A stretch of DNA of 64,000 nucleotides from Gallionella sp. Its GTDB lineage: Bacteria > Pseudomonadota > Gammaproteobacteria > Burkholderiales > Gallionellaceae. The DNA is taken from the NCBI GenBank assembly GCA_035702405.1, contig DASSQR010000096.1:2037-66036 (forward strand), read 5' to 3'. The notes beneath the pieces are model-generated. The model was not told where the DNA came from, did no database searches, and saw only the letters and a list, made by a program, of their open reading frames with translations. A program made the position numbers and the translations under genes. Below are positions 10,804-22,600 of this stretch, piece after piece (position 1 is the stretch's first letter; the number at the start of each line of letters is the position of its first letter).

Positions 10804-11037
10804 TTACTTAGCGGCTGGGGCAGCAGCAGGAGCAGCAGCTTCTTCTTTCTTAGCCTTCTTTGCTTTCTTGGCCTTCTTTGCCTTCTTGGCAGGCTTTGCT
10901 TCTTCCTTAGCAGGAGCAGCAGCAGCCGGAGCGGCAGCAGCAGGAGCAGCAGCAGGAGCAGCAGCTTCAGCAGCAACAGCGGAGAAGGAAGCAGCAGCGA
11001 AAACAGCAGCGATCAGGGCGGACAACAGTTTGCTCAT
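10804..11037 (-). CDS. Small exported Ala/Pro/Lys-rich low-complexity protein
   Basis: GGAG RBS, SPI-type signal peptide (FSAVA/AE), AAAP and AKK repeats, GCT-rich codons, own terminator. Confidence 0.8.
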   Translation of the reverse strand: MSKLLSALIAAVFAAASFSAVAAEAAAPAAAPAAAAPAAAAPAKEEAKPAKKAKKAKKAKKAKKEEAAAPAAAPAAK

Positions 11038-11151
11038 TTGGGACTCCTAAAATTTTAGTAAGTTAAAATATATTTTACGACACACTACCGTGTCGCAGCC
11101 TAAAACGTACGGCACGGATATTCGGTTGACACTGCGTTGCGATTTTATTTG

Positions 11152-11238
11152 TGGTGCCGGGGGAGGGACTCGAACCCTCACGCCCTCTCAGGCACCGGAT
11201 TTTGAGTCCGGCACGTCTACCAGTTCCATCACCCCGGC
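11152..11238 (-). tRNA. tRNA-Leu (CAA)
   Basis: Reverse complement GCCGGGGTGATGGAACTGGTAGAC...CTCAAAA...GGTTCGAGTCC...GGCACCA; long variable arm, encoded CCA. Confidence 0.95.
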
Positions 11239-11318
11239 GAGAATGAAGGCGCGCATTATCCATGAAACGACGCGTTGCATCAACTACAATCCCGACTTTG
11301 TAACCCTCCATGTTGTTC

Positions 11319-12344
11319 ATGCGTACCGACGAATTTGATTTTGACCTGCCCGAGGCCCTGATTGCGCAGCATCCGCCGGCGCGGCGCGGTGCGAGCCGCC
11401 TGCTGCATGTGGCGGGCACGGCGTTGGAAGACTGCCACTTTGCCGATCTGGTGAAGCTCGTCCGCCCCAATGATTTACTGGTATTGAACGATACCCGCGT
11501 GCTCAAGGCGCGCCTGTTTGGCGTCAAGGAAAGCGGCGGACGGGTGGAGGTGCTGGTCGAGCGGGTGCTGAACGACCATGAGGTACTGGCGCAAGTGCGT
11601 GCGAGTAAAGCGCCCAAGGCAGGCAGCCGCCTGCTGCTGGCGGACTCGCTGGCAGTTGAGATGGTGGGGCGTGCGGAAGACTTCTTCCATTTGCGCTTCT
11701 TAACTGACGAGAATGTATTGGAGCTGCTTGAACGCTACGGCAGGCTGCCGCTGCCTCCCTACATCACCCATGCGGCCGAGGCCGAGGATGAAGAGCGCTA
11801 CCAGACCGTGTTCGCGCGCGAAGCCGGTGCCGTGGCGGCACCGACCGCCGGCCTGCATTTCGATGAAACGATGTTGCAGACCTTGCGTGATCAGGGGGTG
11901 CGTATCGCCTATGTCACGTTGCATGTTGGCGCCGGTACCTTCCAGCCTGTGCGCGCGGAGCATATCCACGAACATTCCATGCACAGCGAATGCTACGAGA
12001 TTCCGCAGGCGACAGTGGATGCGATCGCACGAGCGCGCGCAGCGGGCGGGCGTGTCGTGGCGGTGGGTACGACCAGCTTGCGTGCGCTTGAAAGTGCCGC
12101 CCAATCGGGAACGCTGCAGGCCGGTATGGGCGAGACCAGGATTTTCATCACGCCGGGTTATTGCTTTAACGTGGTGGAGGTGCTGCTGACCAACTTCCAT
12201 CTGCCACGCTCCACCCTGCTGATGCTGGTGTGCGCGTTCGGCGGCATGGCCGAGATGCTCGCGGCATATCGCCATGCAGTGGAACAGAAATATCGTTTCT
12301 TCAGTTATGGCGATGCGATGCTGATTGAACGCCGGCAGGTGTGA
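11319..12344 (+). CDS. queA: S-adenosylmethionine:tRNA ribosyltransferase-isomerase
   Basis: [64 protein letters not shown]. Confidence 0.97.
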   Translation: MRTDEFDFDLPEALIAQHPPARRGASRLLHVAGTALEDCHFADLVKLVRPNDLLVLNDTRVLKARLFGVKESGGRVEVLVERVLNDHEVLAQVRASKAPKAGSRLLLADSLAVEMVGRAEDFFHLRFLTDENVLELLERYGRLPLPPYITHAAEAEDEERYQTVFAREAGAVAAPTAGLHFDETMLQTLRDQGVRIAYVTLHVGAGTFQPVRAEHIHEHSMHSECYEIPQATVDAIARARAAGGRVVAVGTTSLRALESAAQSGTLQAGMGETRIFITPGYCFNVVEVLLTNFHLPRSTLLMLVCAFGGMAEMLAAYRHAVEQKYRFFSYGDAMLIERRQV

Positions 12345-12399
12345 AAACCGTCGCGCGAATCTGGTAGCATTGAGAACAATTATCACGCAAGGAAACGGC

Positions 12400-12819
12400 A
12401 TGGAACCTTATATCCTCTGGTTTTTGCTGGCGCTGGCATTGCTCATCGCGGAAATGGCGAGCGGCACGTTTTACATGCTGGTACTTGCTGGCGCCATGTG
12501 TGTTGGCGGATTGGCCGCACTGATCGGGTTTGGCGAGCCGCTGCAGCTCACGTTCGGGGCGATTGCGGGCGTCGCCGGAATCTGGTGGCTGCATCGCTGG
12601 AAGGGGGCGCGCGCGGTTCAAGCGGATCAGGCCAACCCGGATTTCGGCCAGCCGGTGCAGGTGTTGAACTGGCGGGAAGATGGGACCGCACGCGTTTATT
12701 ACCGCGGTGCGGAGTGGGACGCAGAACCGGAAACCGCCGATACCCCGCATGCCGGCACCCTGTATATCAAGGCCATGCGCGGGTCGAAACTGATCGTGTC
12801 GCAGCACAAACCGCAATAA
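12400..12819 (+). CDS. NfeD-like membrane protein
   Basis: Hydrophobic N-terminus (LIAEMASGTFY), OB-like GRV.YRGAEW; directly precedes an SPFH gene. Confidence 0.85.
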   Translation: MEPYILWFLLALALLIAEMASGTFYMLVLAGAMCVGGLAALIGFGEPLQLTFGAIAGVAGIWWLHRWKGARAVQADQANPDFGQPVQVLNWREDGTARVYYRGAEWDAEPETADTPHAGTLYIKAMRGSKLIVSQHKPQ

Positions 12820-12835
12820 CTCAAGGGAGAAAGCC

Positions 12836-13741
12836 ATGGAAATCGGAGTGTTCATCCTGATTGCCGCAATTATCTTCGTGATCACCGCGCTCAAAGTGGT
12901 GCCGCAGCAAAATGCCTGGATCCTCGAGCGGCTGGGGCGCTTTCACGCGGTGCTGGCACCGGGGCTCAACATCGTGGTGCCGTTCATCGACCGCGTTGCC
13001 TACAAGCACTCGCTGAAAGAAGTGCCGATGGATGTGCCAAGCCAGATTTGCATCACAAAAGATAATACCCAATTGCAGGTGGACGGCATCCTGTATTACC
13101 AGGTCACCGATCCCAAACAGGCTTCCTACGGCGCCAGCGATTACGTGTTCGCCATTACCCAGCTCGCACAAACCACGCTGCGCTCGGTCGTCGGCAAAAT
13201 GGAACTGGACAAGACCTTCGAAGAGCGCGACGACATCAACCGCTCCGTCGTGTCGGCGCTGGACGAGGCTGCGTTGAGCTGGGGCGTGAAAGTGCTGCGT
13301 TACGAGATCAAGGACCTGACGCCGCCCAAGGAAATCCTGCACGCGATGCAGGCGCAGATCACAGCCGAGCGCGAAAAGCGCGCGGTGATCGCTACGTCCG
13401 AAGGCAAGCAGCAGGAACAGATCAACCTCGCCAACGGCGCGCGCCAGGCCGCGATCGCCAAGTCGGAAGGCGAAAAGCAGGCTGCAATCAACAACGCGCA
13501 GGGTCAGGCCGAAGCAATCAAGGCCGTGGCCGACGCGACTTCGCAGGCGATCCGCATGGTGGCGAATGCGATCGAAGCCCCCGGCGGCATGAACGCGGTC
13601 AACCTCAAGGTCGCGGAAAAATATGTCGAAGCCTTCGCCAACGTCGCCAAGCAGGGCAATACTGTGATCCTGCCCGGCAACCTCGCCGACATGGGTGGGC
13701 TCGTCGCGACGGCGATGAGCATTGTGAAGGCGCAGAAGTAG
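12836..13741 (+). CDS. SPFH/stomatin-like (slipin, QmcA-like) protein
   Basis: VVPQQNAWILERLG, ITKDN, LAQTTLRSVVG, WGVKVLRYEIKD, AEREKRA. Confidence 0.92.
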   Translation: MEIGVFILIAAIIFVITALKVVPQQNAWILERLGRFHAVLAPGLNIVVPFIDRVAYKHSLKEVPMDVPSQICITKDNTQLQVDGILYYQVTDPKQASYGASDYVFAITQLAQTTLRSVVGKMELDKTFEERDDINRSVVSALDEAALSWGVKVLRYEIKDLTPPKEILHAMQAQITAEREKRAVIATSEGKQQEQINLANGARQAAIAKSEGEKQAAINNAQGQAEAIKAVADATSQAIRMVANAIEAPGGMNAVNLKVAEKYVEAFANVAKQGNTVILPGNLADMGGLVATAMSIVKAQK

Positions 13742-13746
13742 GCTGG

Positions 13747-13774
13747 AGGTCCGTAATGTCCCAGAAGCCGGCAT
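13747..13774 (+). other. 28-bp imperfect palindrome, possible recombination site (left)
   Basis: AGGTCCGTAAT-GTCCCA-GAAGCCGGCAT; 17/28 identical to 14572-14599 in direct orientation. Confidence 0.4.
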
Positions 13775-13837
13775 CATTGGGTTAACTCCAATTTGGCTTG
13801 GTTACGCTGTTACCCAATCACCTTTTGCTAAGAGTTT

Positions 13838-14539
13838 ATGGCTCATCAGGTTAGGCCCCTAGATTCATTCGTTGAACTTGTCCAGCCGTTGATCGGTCTT
13901 CCGGTCGCACGTCCTTGGAAGGGATACGGTTCTACTATTTTTTTGGAGCTTGGCGAGCTACAGCTCCTTGAGTCAATGAGGCGGCATCACCAGCGGGGCC
14001 AAGCGTGCATCTCGGTTGACTGGGACTGGCGCGTTGAGAGCGGGGCGTCCATCCTGTATGGCAGTTCATGTAGCCGGCCCGATATAAATAAGGGGATTGC
14101 CACGCTTCTAGATGCCAAGATCGAGAGCCTGTCTCTTGCTGGAGAGGTTCCAGAGTTGGTCATTCATTTCTCGAACGGGCATTGCCTTCGTTCGATGTCC
14201 ATGGTTAAAGGTGGACCCGAATGGACCATTAGGCTTGATCAAAATAGCTGGATGTCGATCAAGGATGGTGAGTTGACTGTGGGTGATGGCACATCCGATT
14301 TCACAGAACTAGAGAGCGAACCGTTTGCACTGGAGACCAGGACTGCGTTGCGCTGGGGTGTTTCACGTGCCGAACCAACTGGAGGACAATGTAGAGACTG
14401 CCCTTGGTTTGTTTATATAGATGGGGATGCCAACTTGCTTGACTACGGCGTTTGCGTGGAGAGTGCCAGTCCGTTCGACGGCCGTGCCGTCAATGTAAAG
14501 AGTGGGTGTTCGGCCTTCAAGCCCGCTGATAACAATTAG
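13838..14539 (+). CDS. Hypothetical accessory protein with C-terminal four-Cys motif (DUF3027-like)
   Basis: More AT-rich codons than its neighbours. C-terminus CRDCPWF...DYGVC...SPFDGRAV...GCSAF resembles the DUF3027 pattern as I recall it. Confidence 0.65.
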   Translation: MAHQVRPLDSFVELVQPLIGLPVARPWKGYGSTIFLELGELQLLESMRRHHQRGQACISVDWDWRVESGASILYGSSCSRPDINKGIATLLDAKIESLSLAGEVPELVIHFSNGHCLRSMSMVKGGPEWTIRLDQNSWMSIKDGELTVGDGTSDFTELESEPFALETRTALRWGVSRAEPTGGQCRDCPWFVYIDGDANLLDYGVCVESASPFDGRAVNVKSGCSAFKPADNN

Positions 14540-14571
14540 CATCAGGTCGTGTCTGTTTTCGCGAAGCTGGA

Positions 14572-14599
14572 ATGTCGTTTATGGGCACGCAGCCGACAG
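14572..14599 (+). other. 28-bp imperfect palindrome, possible recombination site (right)
   Basis: ATGTCGTTTAT-GGGCAC-GCAGCCGACAG, with TGTCG/CGACA dyad. Confidence 0.4.
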
Positions 14600-14645
14600 T
14601 TCTTAGCCCTCCCATGGTGGATGAAGTGGTGATGGAGGTATTACC

Positions 14646-15233
14646 TTGAATTTCCTGGCGCACGCTCTGCTCGCGGGCGATGCTCCGGCGCTGATCGTCG
14701 GCGGAGTGGTGGGCGACTGGATCAAGGGGCCTTTGCCCGCCGGCTTGCCAGCGGATCTGGCGCGTGGGGTGGCGCTGCACCGGGCCATCGATCACCACGC
14801 GGAATCACACCCGGCCTTTTGCCTGAGCCGTTCTCGCATTTCCCCCGCGCGTCGTCGTTACGCCGGTGTGCTGGTGGATGTGTTCTACGATCACTTGCTG
14901 GCACGAGACTGGGATGCTTTGCATCCGCAGCCGCTGGAGGAATTCTGTACTGGCGTCTATGGCTTCATCGACGACCGGATGGGCGAGCTTCCCGCGTTAG
15001 CGCATCCCGCGCTAACGCTGATGGCACGCGAGGACTGGCTGTCGAGTTACGCTGAAGTCGAAGGTGTCGCGGACGTGCTGGCGCGCATGTCGCGCAGGGC
15101 GCGGCAACCCAATCCGCTGTTGCATGGCGAGCAGGAGTTCCTTGCCGATGCAGAGGGATTCGCGGGCGATTTCCAGGTATGGCTGGCTGACACAAAAATG
15201 TTCTGCCAGCAGTGGCGGGCAGCTATCAGGTAA
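14646..15233 (+). CDS. acpH: Acyl carrier protein phosphodiesterase (AcpH/DUF479)
   Basis: TTG start after GGAGGT; MNFLAH, G..GDWIKG, LHRAID, DVFYDHLLA. Confidence 0.88.
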   Translation: MNFLAHALLAGDAPALIVGGVVGDWIKGPLPAGLPADLARGVALHRAIDHHAESHPAFCLSRSRISPARRRYAGVLVDVFYDHLLARDWDALHPQPLEEFCTGVYGFIDDRMGELPALAHPALTLMAREDWLSSYAEVEGVADVLARMSRRARQPNPLLHGEQEFLADAEGFAGDFQVWLADTKMFCQQWRAAIR

Positions 15234-16361
<1,128 letters not shown>

Positions 16362-16394
16362 CGCCGGCTTTGACAGTCATATAGCATCCTGCGC

Positions 16395-16748
16395 ATGTCC
16401 TGTTGCCGCCACATTTCGCGTGTACTGCTGCTGATTGTCACCCTGACGATCATGTCGCCGCATTTCGCCTGGGAAGCGATGGCGCCGGATGCGCACCATG
16501 ACGCCGGCAACAGCAACCTGGTGCTGGTCGATGCGCAGGATCATGAAACCAGCCACCCGAGCTTCGACCATCACGACGAGCATGCCTGCAGCGGCCACAT
16601 GTTCAGCCACCTGCCGGCGCAGATTTCCGGCGCCTTGGAGCCTTCCGTGATTGCGGCCGCGGATGTCTTTACCCACTTTGACGAAGCGCCGGTGCCATCC
16701 CGCGTGCCCGCTTTGCTCGAACGTCCCCCTCGCTTCCGCCTCGCCTGA
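16395..16748 (+). CDS. Small His-rich exported protein upstream of metal efflux operon (CzcI-like position)
   Basis: Hydrophobic N-terminus, HHDEHACSGHMFSH, C-terminal LLERPPR motif typical of such leader proteins. Confidence 0.65.
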   Translation: MSCCRHISRVLLLIVTLTIMSPHFAWEAMAPDAHHDAGNSNLVLVDAQDHETSHPSFDHHDEHACSGHMFSHLPAQISGALEPSVIAAADVFTHFDEAPVPSRVPALLERPPRFRLA

Positions 16749-16843
16749 CCGGCGGGACGCATTCCCTCAAACTGTTTTGACACCGTGCATCCGCACGGTC
16801 GCGTCCCGTCGCTTCCCTATGGTTTTAACCCACGAGGATGTCG

Positions 16844-18061
16844 ATGCGGAAACTATTTCTTGCAGTAGCGCTGCTCGCGGCTGGTGTCAGCGCGGCGGCG
16901 GGCGAATTACTGACTGAGGCGCAGAGCGTGCGGCAGGGGCTGGCACGCCCCGAAGTTGCCGAACTGGCCAACAGCACCGTTGGCGAGGCTGAGGCCAATG
17001 CCATTGAAGCCGGCCTATGGGCCAATCCGACCCTGGAGTACCTGCATGACCGCACCCGAGGCGTGCCCGGAACCTCCGAACAAATCTGGCAGGTCAATCA
17101 GCCCTTGGACGTCGCCGGCCGGCGCGGTCTCAAAGGCGAAGCCGGCGCGCGCCGCACCGATGCGGTACGGGCGGGAAATGCCGGCCAGCGTGCCGAACTG
17201 GCTGCCGCCATCAAGCGGCGCTATTACGAGGTGCTGCTGAAACAGGAGGTGGCACGCAGCACCGAATCCTGGCTGCAGCAGCTTGGCCGGGCCGAGCATA
17301 TCTTCACGCTCCTGCAACAGGCGGGTGAGGTCTCCGGTTACGACCGTCGCCGGCTCGCGCGCGAGCGGCAGCTGGCCCAAGCCAGGCTCGCCATCGAACG
17401 CGGTGAACTGGTGCTGGCGCGCGAGCGTCTGGCGGCCTTGACGGGTGTGCCCGATGACCCTTCCCCTGGCGTGGCTGGCGCGCTCTTGCCGCCCGCACCG
17501 CCGCAGCTAGACGCGGTGCTCGCCCGGCTGGCCGAGCAGCCTGTGCTGCGCGAACTGGCATTCAAGGCGGATGCCGCCGTACTTGAAGGCAAAGCCGCAG
17601 CCCGCGGCTGGCTGCCGGAAGTGACTGCGGGCATTGGCACGAAGCAAATCAGCGACGGTGTCGCCCGGGGTAGCGGACCTCTGGTGTCGCTGTCCGTGCC
17701 GCTGCCGCTGTTTGACCACCAGCAGGGCGCCCGGCACCGGGCGGCGGCACAAGAACAAGGAGCGCGAGCCGACTACCAGCTCACACTTGCCAGGTTTACG
17801 GGCGAGGCGCGCGGTTTGCACCGGCAACTCGAACACCTGATTGCCGCGGCCACCGCTTATCGCCGCGACGCAGTAGTGTCATCCGGCGACCTCGTGCGCA
17901 TTGCCGAAGCCGCCTATCAGGCCGGCGAATCCACGCTGCTGGAATTGCTCGATGCCTACAAGGGCGCGCTGGAGACCGAGACGACGGCGCTCGACCTCGA
18001 ATGGAAAGCGCGCCAGGCGTGCATTGAATTTGACCTGCTGACCGGGAGTATCCCCGAATGA
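16844..18061 (+). CDS. TolC/CzcC-family outer-membrane efflux protein
   Basis: Signal peptide, WANPTL, LSVPLPLFD, AYQAGESTLLELLDA. Confidence 0.88.
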   Translation: MRKLFLAVALLAAGVSAAAGELLTEAQSVRQGLARPEVAELANSTVGEAEANAIEAGLWANPTLEYLHDRTRGVPGTSEQIWQVNQPLDVAGRRGLKGEAGARRTDAVRAGNAGQRAELAAAIKRRYYEVLLKQEVARSTESWLQQLGRAEHIFTLLQQAGEVSGYDRRRLARERQLAQARLAIERGELVLARERLAALTGVPDDPSPGVAGALLPPAPPQLDAVLARLAEQPVLRELAFKADAAVLEGKAAARGWLPEVTAGIGTKQISDGVARGSGPLVSLSVPLPLFDHQQGARHRAAAQEQGARADYQLTLARFTGEARGLHRQLEHLIAAATAYRRDAVVSSGDLVRIAEAAYQAGESTLLELLDAYKGALETETTALDLEWKARQACIEFDLLTGSIPE

Positions 18062-19632
18062 AAATCAAGAATATTACTTTATTGCATCTGCTGTGGCTGT
18101 CTCTCGTTCTAGGGCTGCCCGGCTGCGGCGGCCACGACGCCGGGGGCAAGGACGAACACGGCAAGCACGCCGACAAGACCGGCGAGGCGCATGCTTTGGA
18201 GGGTGAAAAAATCACTGTGTTTACTTCCACCACTGAACTGTTCCTCGAAGCGCTGCCGCTGGTGCGCGGCCAGGCAACGACCGTCGCCGCGCATTTCACC
18301 CGGCTGGCGGATTTCAAACCGATTACCGCGGGCGCAGTGGACGTGCTCCTGAGCGGCGGGAATGCGCCGGAAGAGCGCTTTGCGGTAGTTGCGCCGGCGG
18401 AACCAGGTATCTACCAGCCGGTGGTGACGCCGCGCCAGGTCGGCGAACGCAGTCTGACGCTGGTGTTGCATACGCCGGAAGGCGAAGTGCGGCACGACGC
18501 CGGGTTGATTCGCGTGTATGCATCCGCGGCTGAAGCAGCGGATGCTCCGGAACATCACGCCGAGGGCATCGTCTTTACCAAGGAGCAGCAATGGAAGGTC
18601 GATTTCGCCACCGCTGAAGCCATCAAGGGCGTGGCACGAGCGTCGGTAGCGGGTAACGGAACGCTGCGCGGCAGGTACGATGGGGACGCGCAACTGGCGG
18701 CGCCCGTGACCGGTCAGGTGAATGCGGCCGGCAGCTTCCCTCACATCGGCATGCGCGTAAAGCGGGGCCAGGTGCTCGCGTATCTGGCGCCGCGGCTGGG
18801 CGGGGATGTGGATTATGCCGCGCTGGAAGTGGCCGTGACCAAGGCACGCATTGTCTACGCGCAGGCACAGCGTGAGCGCGAGCGTATGGAATTACTGTTC
18901 GCGCAGGAAGCGGTCGCGGAAAAACGCAAGCTGGCCGCGCAGGCCGCCGAACAGGTCGCAGCCGCAGACCTTGATGCCGCGACGCGGCGCCTCGGCCAAT
19001 ATGGCGGCAGTCGCGGCGGCGGCATGCCGATTCGGTCGCCGATTGACGGCGTGCTCGCGGATGTGAAAGCGGCGCCCGGCGGCTATGTGCAGGAAGGCAT
19101 GCCGCTGTTCCATATCGCCGATACGCGCAACCTGTGGCTGGAAGTGCAAATTCCGGAAAGCGAGGCGGCGCAACTTGGCACGCCCGGTGGGGTCTGGTTC
19201 GCCGTCGATGGCCGCGAAAAACCGTATGAATTCGAGGTGGGCAAAAATGCCCGCCTGATTGCAGTCGGCGGCGCGGTCGATGCCACTACCCGAACGGTGC
19301 CGGTGATTTTCGAGTTCGCCAATCCGGACCAGACCTTGCGTCTCGGACAACTGGTCAAGGCGCATGTGCGCGCCGCGGCGGAAGCGCGGGAGGCCGTGTT
19401 GGTACCGGCCACGGCGCTGCAGGACGAAAACGGGATGGCGGTCGTGTACGTGCAGATCGGCGGCGATTCGTTCGAGCGCCGCATCGTCACTCCCGGCGTG
19501 CGCGACGGCGCAATGGTGGAAATCCGCAACGGTCTCGATGCGGGCCAGCGCGTGGTGTCGAAAGGCGCCTATCTGATTCGCCTGTCGACCGCGAAGGCCG
19601 GTGCCTCCGGTCATGCAGGACACGCTCACTGA
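18058..19632 (+). CDS. RND membrane-fusion protein (CzcB/CusB-like) with extra N-terminal domain
   Basis: Lipobox-like LPGC, His-rich patches, IRSPIDGV, VQEGMPLFHIAD, VDATTRTV, GQRVV..GA, C-terminal GHAGHAH. Confidence 0.88.
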   Translation: MKIKNITLLHLLWLSLVLGLPGCGGHDAGGKDEHGKHADKTGEAHALEGEKITVFTSTTELFLEALPLVRGQATTVAAHFTRLADFKPITAGAVDVLLSGGNAPEERFAVVAPAEPGIYQPVVTPRQVGERSLTLVLHTPEGEVRHDAGLIRVYASAAEAADAPEHHAEGIVFTKEQQWKVDFATAEAIKGVARASVAGNGTLRGRYDGDAQLAAPVTGQVNAAGSFPHIGMRVKRGQVLAYLAPRLGGDVDYAALEVAVTKARIVYAQAQRERERMELLFAQEAVAEKRKLAAQAAEQVAAADLDAATRRLGQYGGSRGGGMPIRSPIDGVLADVKAAPGGYVQEGMPLFHIADTRNLWLEVQIPESEAAQLGTPGGVWFAVDGREKPYEFEVGKNARLIAVGGAVDATTRTVPVIFEFANPDQTLRLGQLVKAHVRAAAEAREAVLVPATALQDENGMAVVYVQIGGDSFERRIVTPGVRDGAMVEIRNGLDAGQRVVSKGAYLIRLSTAKAGASGHAGHAH

Positions 19633-19640
19633 GGTCCGCC

Positions 19641-22600
19641 ATGATTGGAAATATCATTCGGTGGTCGCTGCGCAATCGGTTGTTCGTCGTGCTCGGCGCG
19701 ATAGCCATGCTGGTCTGGGGCGGTTACGAGGCAACACGCACGGCGGTCGATGTTTTCCCCGACCTGACCGCGCCAACCGTCACCGTTGCCACCGAGGCGC
19801 CAAGCATGGCGCCGACCGACGTGGAAACACTCGTTACCGTTCCGGTTGAAACGGCGCTCAACGGCGCACCGGGCGTGCGCCGGGTGCGCTCGGCAACGAA
19901 AGTCGGCCTGTCCACGGTTATCGTCGAGTTTGCGTGGGGAACCGACCCCTACCTCGCGCGGCAAATCGTCACCGAAAAGCTGCAACTGGCAAGAGCCGCA
20001 TTGCCACCCGGTGTCGACGCGCCGGTGATGGCGCCGGCCGCCTCGCTGATGGGTGAAATCATGTTCATCGCGCTGACCTCGGAAACCGCCGGACAACATT
20101 CGACCGTCGCGCTCAAGAACGCGGCCGACCAGGTGTTGCGCAAGCGGCTGCTGGCCGTGCCCGGTGTCGCCGAAATTCTGCCCATCGGCGGTGACTTGCA
20201 GCAGTTTCAGGTGACACTTAAACCCGAGCGGCTGGCCGCTTACGGGCTGACCATCGGCGAAGCTGTGAAAGCGGTGGCGGGCGCCAACCGCAATGCCGCC
20301 GCCGGTTACTATGGCGAGGGCGGGCAGGAATATCTGATTCGAGGTATCGGCCGGATTGGCACGGTTGAGGATATCGCCGAGGCAGTGGTGGCGCTGAAAA
20401 ACGGCCAGCCGGTGCTGATCCGGCACATCGCGGACGTGGCGCTAGGCACCGCGGTCAAGCGCGGCATCGGTTCCGCCAACGGCAAGCCGGCAGTGGTTCT
20501 TGGCATCCAGCGCCAACCGGCGGCCAATACGCTTGAACTCACGCGCGCACTCGACGCGGCCATGGCCGACATCCAGAAGTCGCTGCCGGCCGGGATGAAA
20601 ATCGAGAATCGTTTGTTCCGTCAGGCGGACTTCATCGAGACTGCCACCAACAACCTGCTGGCAGCGCTGCGCGACGGCGCGATTCTGGTGGTGGCGATTG
20701 TGTTCGTGTTCCTGCTGTCGGCGCGCTCGACGGCCATTACCCTGGTGGCACTACCGTTGTCGCTGGTCGCGGCGGTTCTCGTGCTGAAAGCGCTGGGCGC
20801 GACCATCAATACCATGACGCTGGGGGGCATGGCGATTGCGCTGGGCGCACTGGTCGACGATGCCATCGTGGTCGTGGAAAACGTGGTGCGCCGTTTGCGC
20901 GAGAACCAGGCCAAACCCGAAGGGCGGCGCGAGTCCGGGCTGCACGTCATTTACCTGGCGGCGCGCGAAATCCAGGGATCCATCGTGTTCGCGACGCTCA
21001 TCATCATGCTGGTGTGCCTGCCGCTGTTCTTCCTGTCGGGAATCGAGGGGCGGCTGATGGTGCCACTGGGGCTGGCCTACGTGATTTCTCTGTTTGCCTC
21101 GCTGCTGGTGTCGATCACCGTGACGCCGGTGCTCGCGTCGCTGTTTCTTGCCAATTCCGGCGAGATTCGGCGTGAGCACGAGTCGGCTCTCCTGCAATGG
21201 CTGCGCGCAATCTATCGCCGCGTTCTCGCGGCGACTCTGACGCGCTGGAAAGTCATCTCCGCCATCAGCGGCGGCCTGTTCCTTGCGGCGCTGCTCGGGC
21301 TCGGTCTGGCCGGGCAGGCTTTTCTGCCGGACTTCAACGAGGGCACCCTGACGGTCAGTGCCGAGACCATTCCGGGCACGGCACTGGCAGAATCGGCGGC
21401 ACTCGGGCAGATGGTGGAGGAAGTCCTGCTGACTTATCCGGAAGTGGTCGCGACCGCGCGCCGCACCGGACGTTCGCCACTCGATCCGCATGCACTCGAC
21501 GTACATCAATCGGAGATTGAGGTCAGCCTGAAAATGGGCGAGCGCAGCAAGGAGGAGTTGCTCGCGGCGATGCGTGCCGATTTTGCGATGTTGCCCGGCA
21601 TCCAGGTGGTCGTGGGGCAGCCGATTTCCCATCGCATCGACCACATGTTATCCGGCAGCCGCGCCAATATCGCGGTGAAGATATTCGGCAACGACTTGCA
21701 GGAATTGCGCACGCTCGCGCAGCAGGTGAAGGGTGTGATGGCGCAGGTGGACGGTGCGGTCGATGTGCAGCCAGAGCAACAAACGGAAATACCGTTCCTC
21801 ACCATCAAATACCGGCGCGATGCGCTGGCACGCTACGGGCTGTCGGCGAACGAGGTGTCGGAAAGCATCGAAACGGCGTTCAACGGGCTGAGCGTGGCAA
21901 AGGTGACGCAGGGCCAGGCCGTGTTCGACCTCGTGGTTTGCTATGATCCGTCGGCGCGCAGCAGTCTTGACGCCATCCGCGAGGCCCTGATTACCACGCC
22001 TCAGGGGGCGCAGGTGCCGTTGTCCGCTCTGGCCGACATTCGAAACGACCGCGGTCCGTATTTCATCAACCGCGAGAACGTGCAGCGCAAAATCGTGGTG
22101 ATGGCCAACGTCGCGGGGCGCGACCTGAAGAGCGTGGTGAATGACATGCGCGCCCGGGTGGCGCGGGAAATCAGATTGCCGGCAGGTTATCACATCGAGT
22201 TTGGCGGCCAGTTCGAAAGCGCCGAGGAAGCGTCCCGCACGCTGCTCCTGCTCGGTGCTGCGGTCATCGCGGGCATTTTTCTGCTGCTCTTTGTCGCGTT
22301 CCACTCCGCGCGCGATGCGTTCCTGGTGATGCTCAATCTGCCGCTCGCGATCATCGGCGGCGTGGCGGGAGTGTATGCCGCAGGTGGCGTGATTACCATT
22401 GCGTCGATCGTCGGTTTCATTACCCTGTTCGGCATCGCCACGCGCAACGGCGTGATGATGATTTCGCACATTCATCATCTGGTCGAGCGCGATGAAGTCG
22501 CGGATGTGTACGAAGCGGTGCGGCGCGGCGCAGAGGAACGGCTGGTGCCGATCCTGATGACGGCGCTGGCGGCGGGGCTCGCGCTGATCCCGCTTGCGCT

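Noticed and set aside
11152-11238. tRNA-Leu and tRNA-Val as prophage or island attachment sites
   Set aside because: No integrase and no duplicated tRNA 3' end found within the window.
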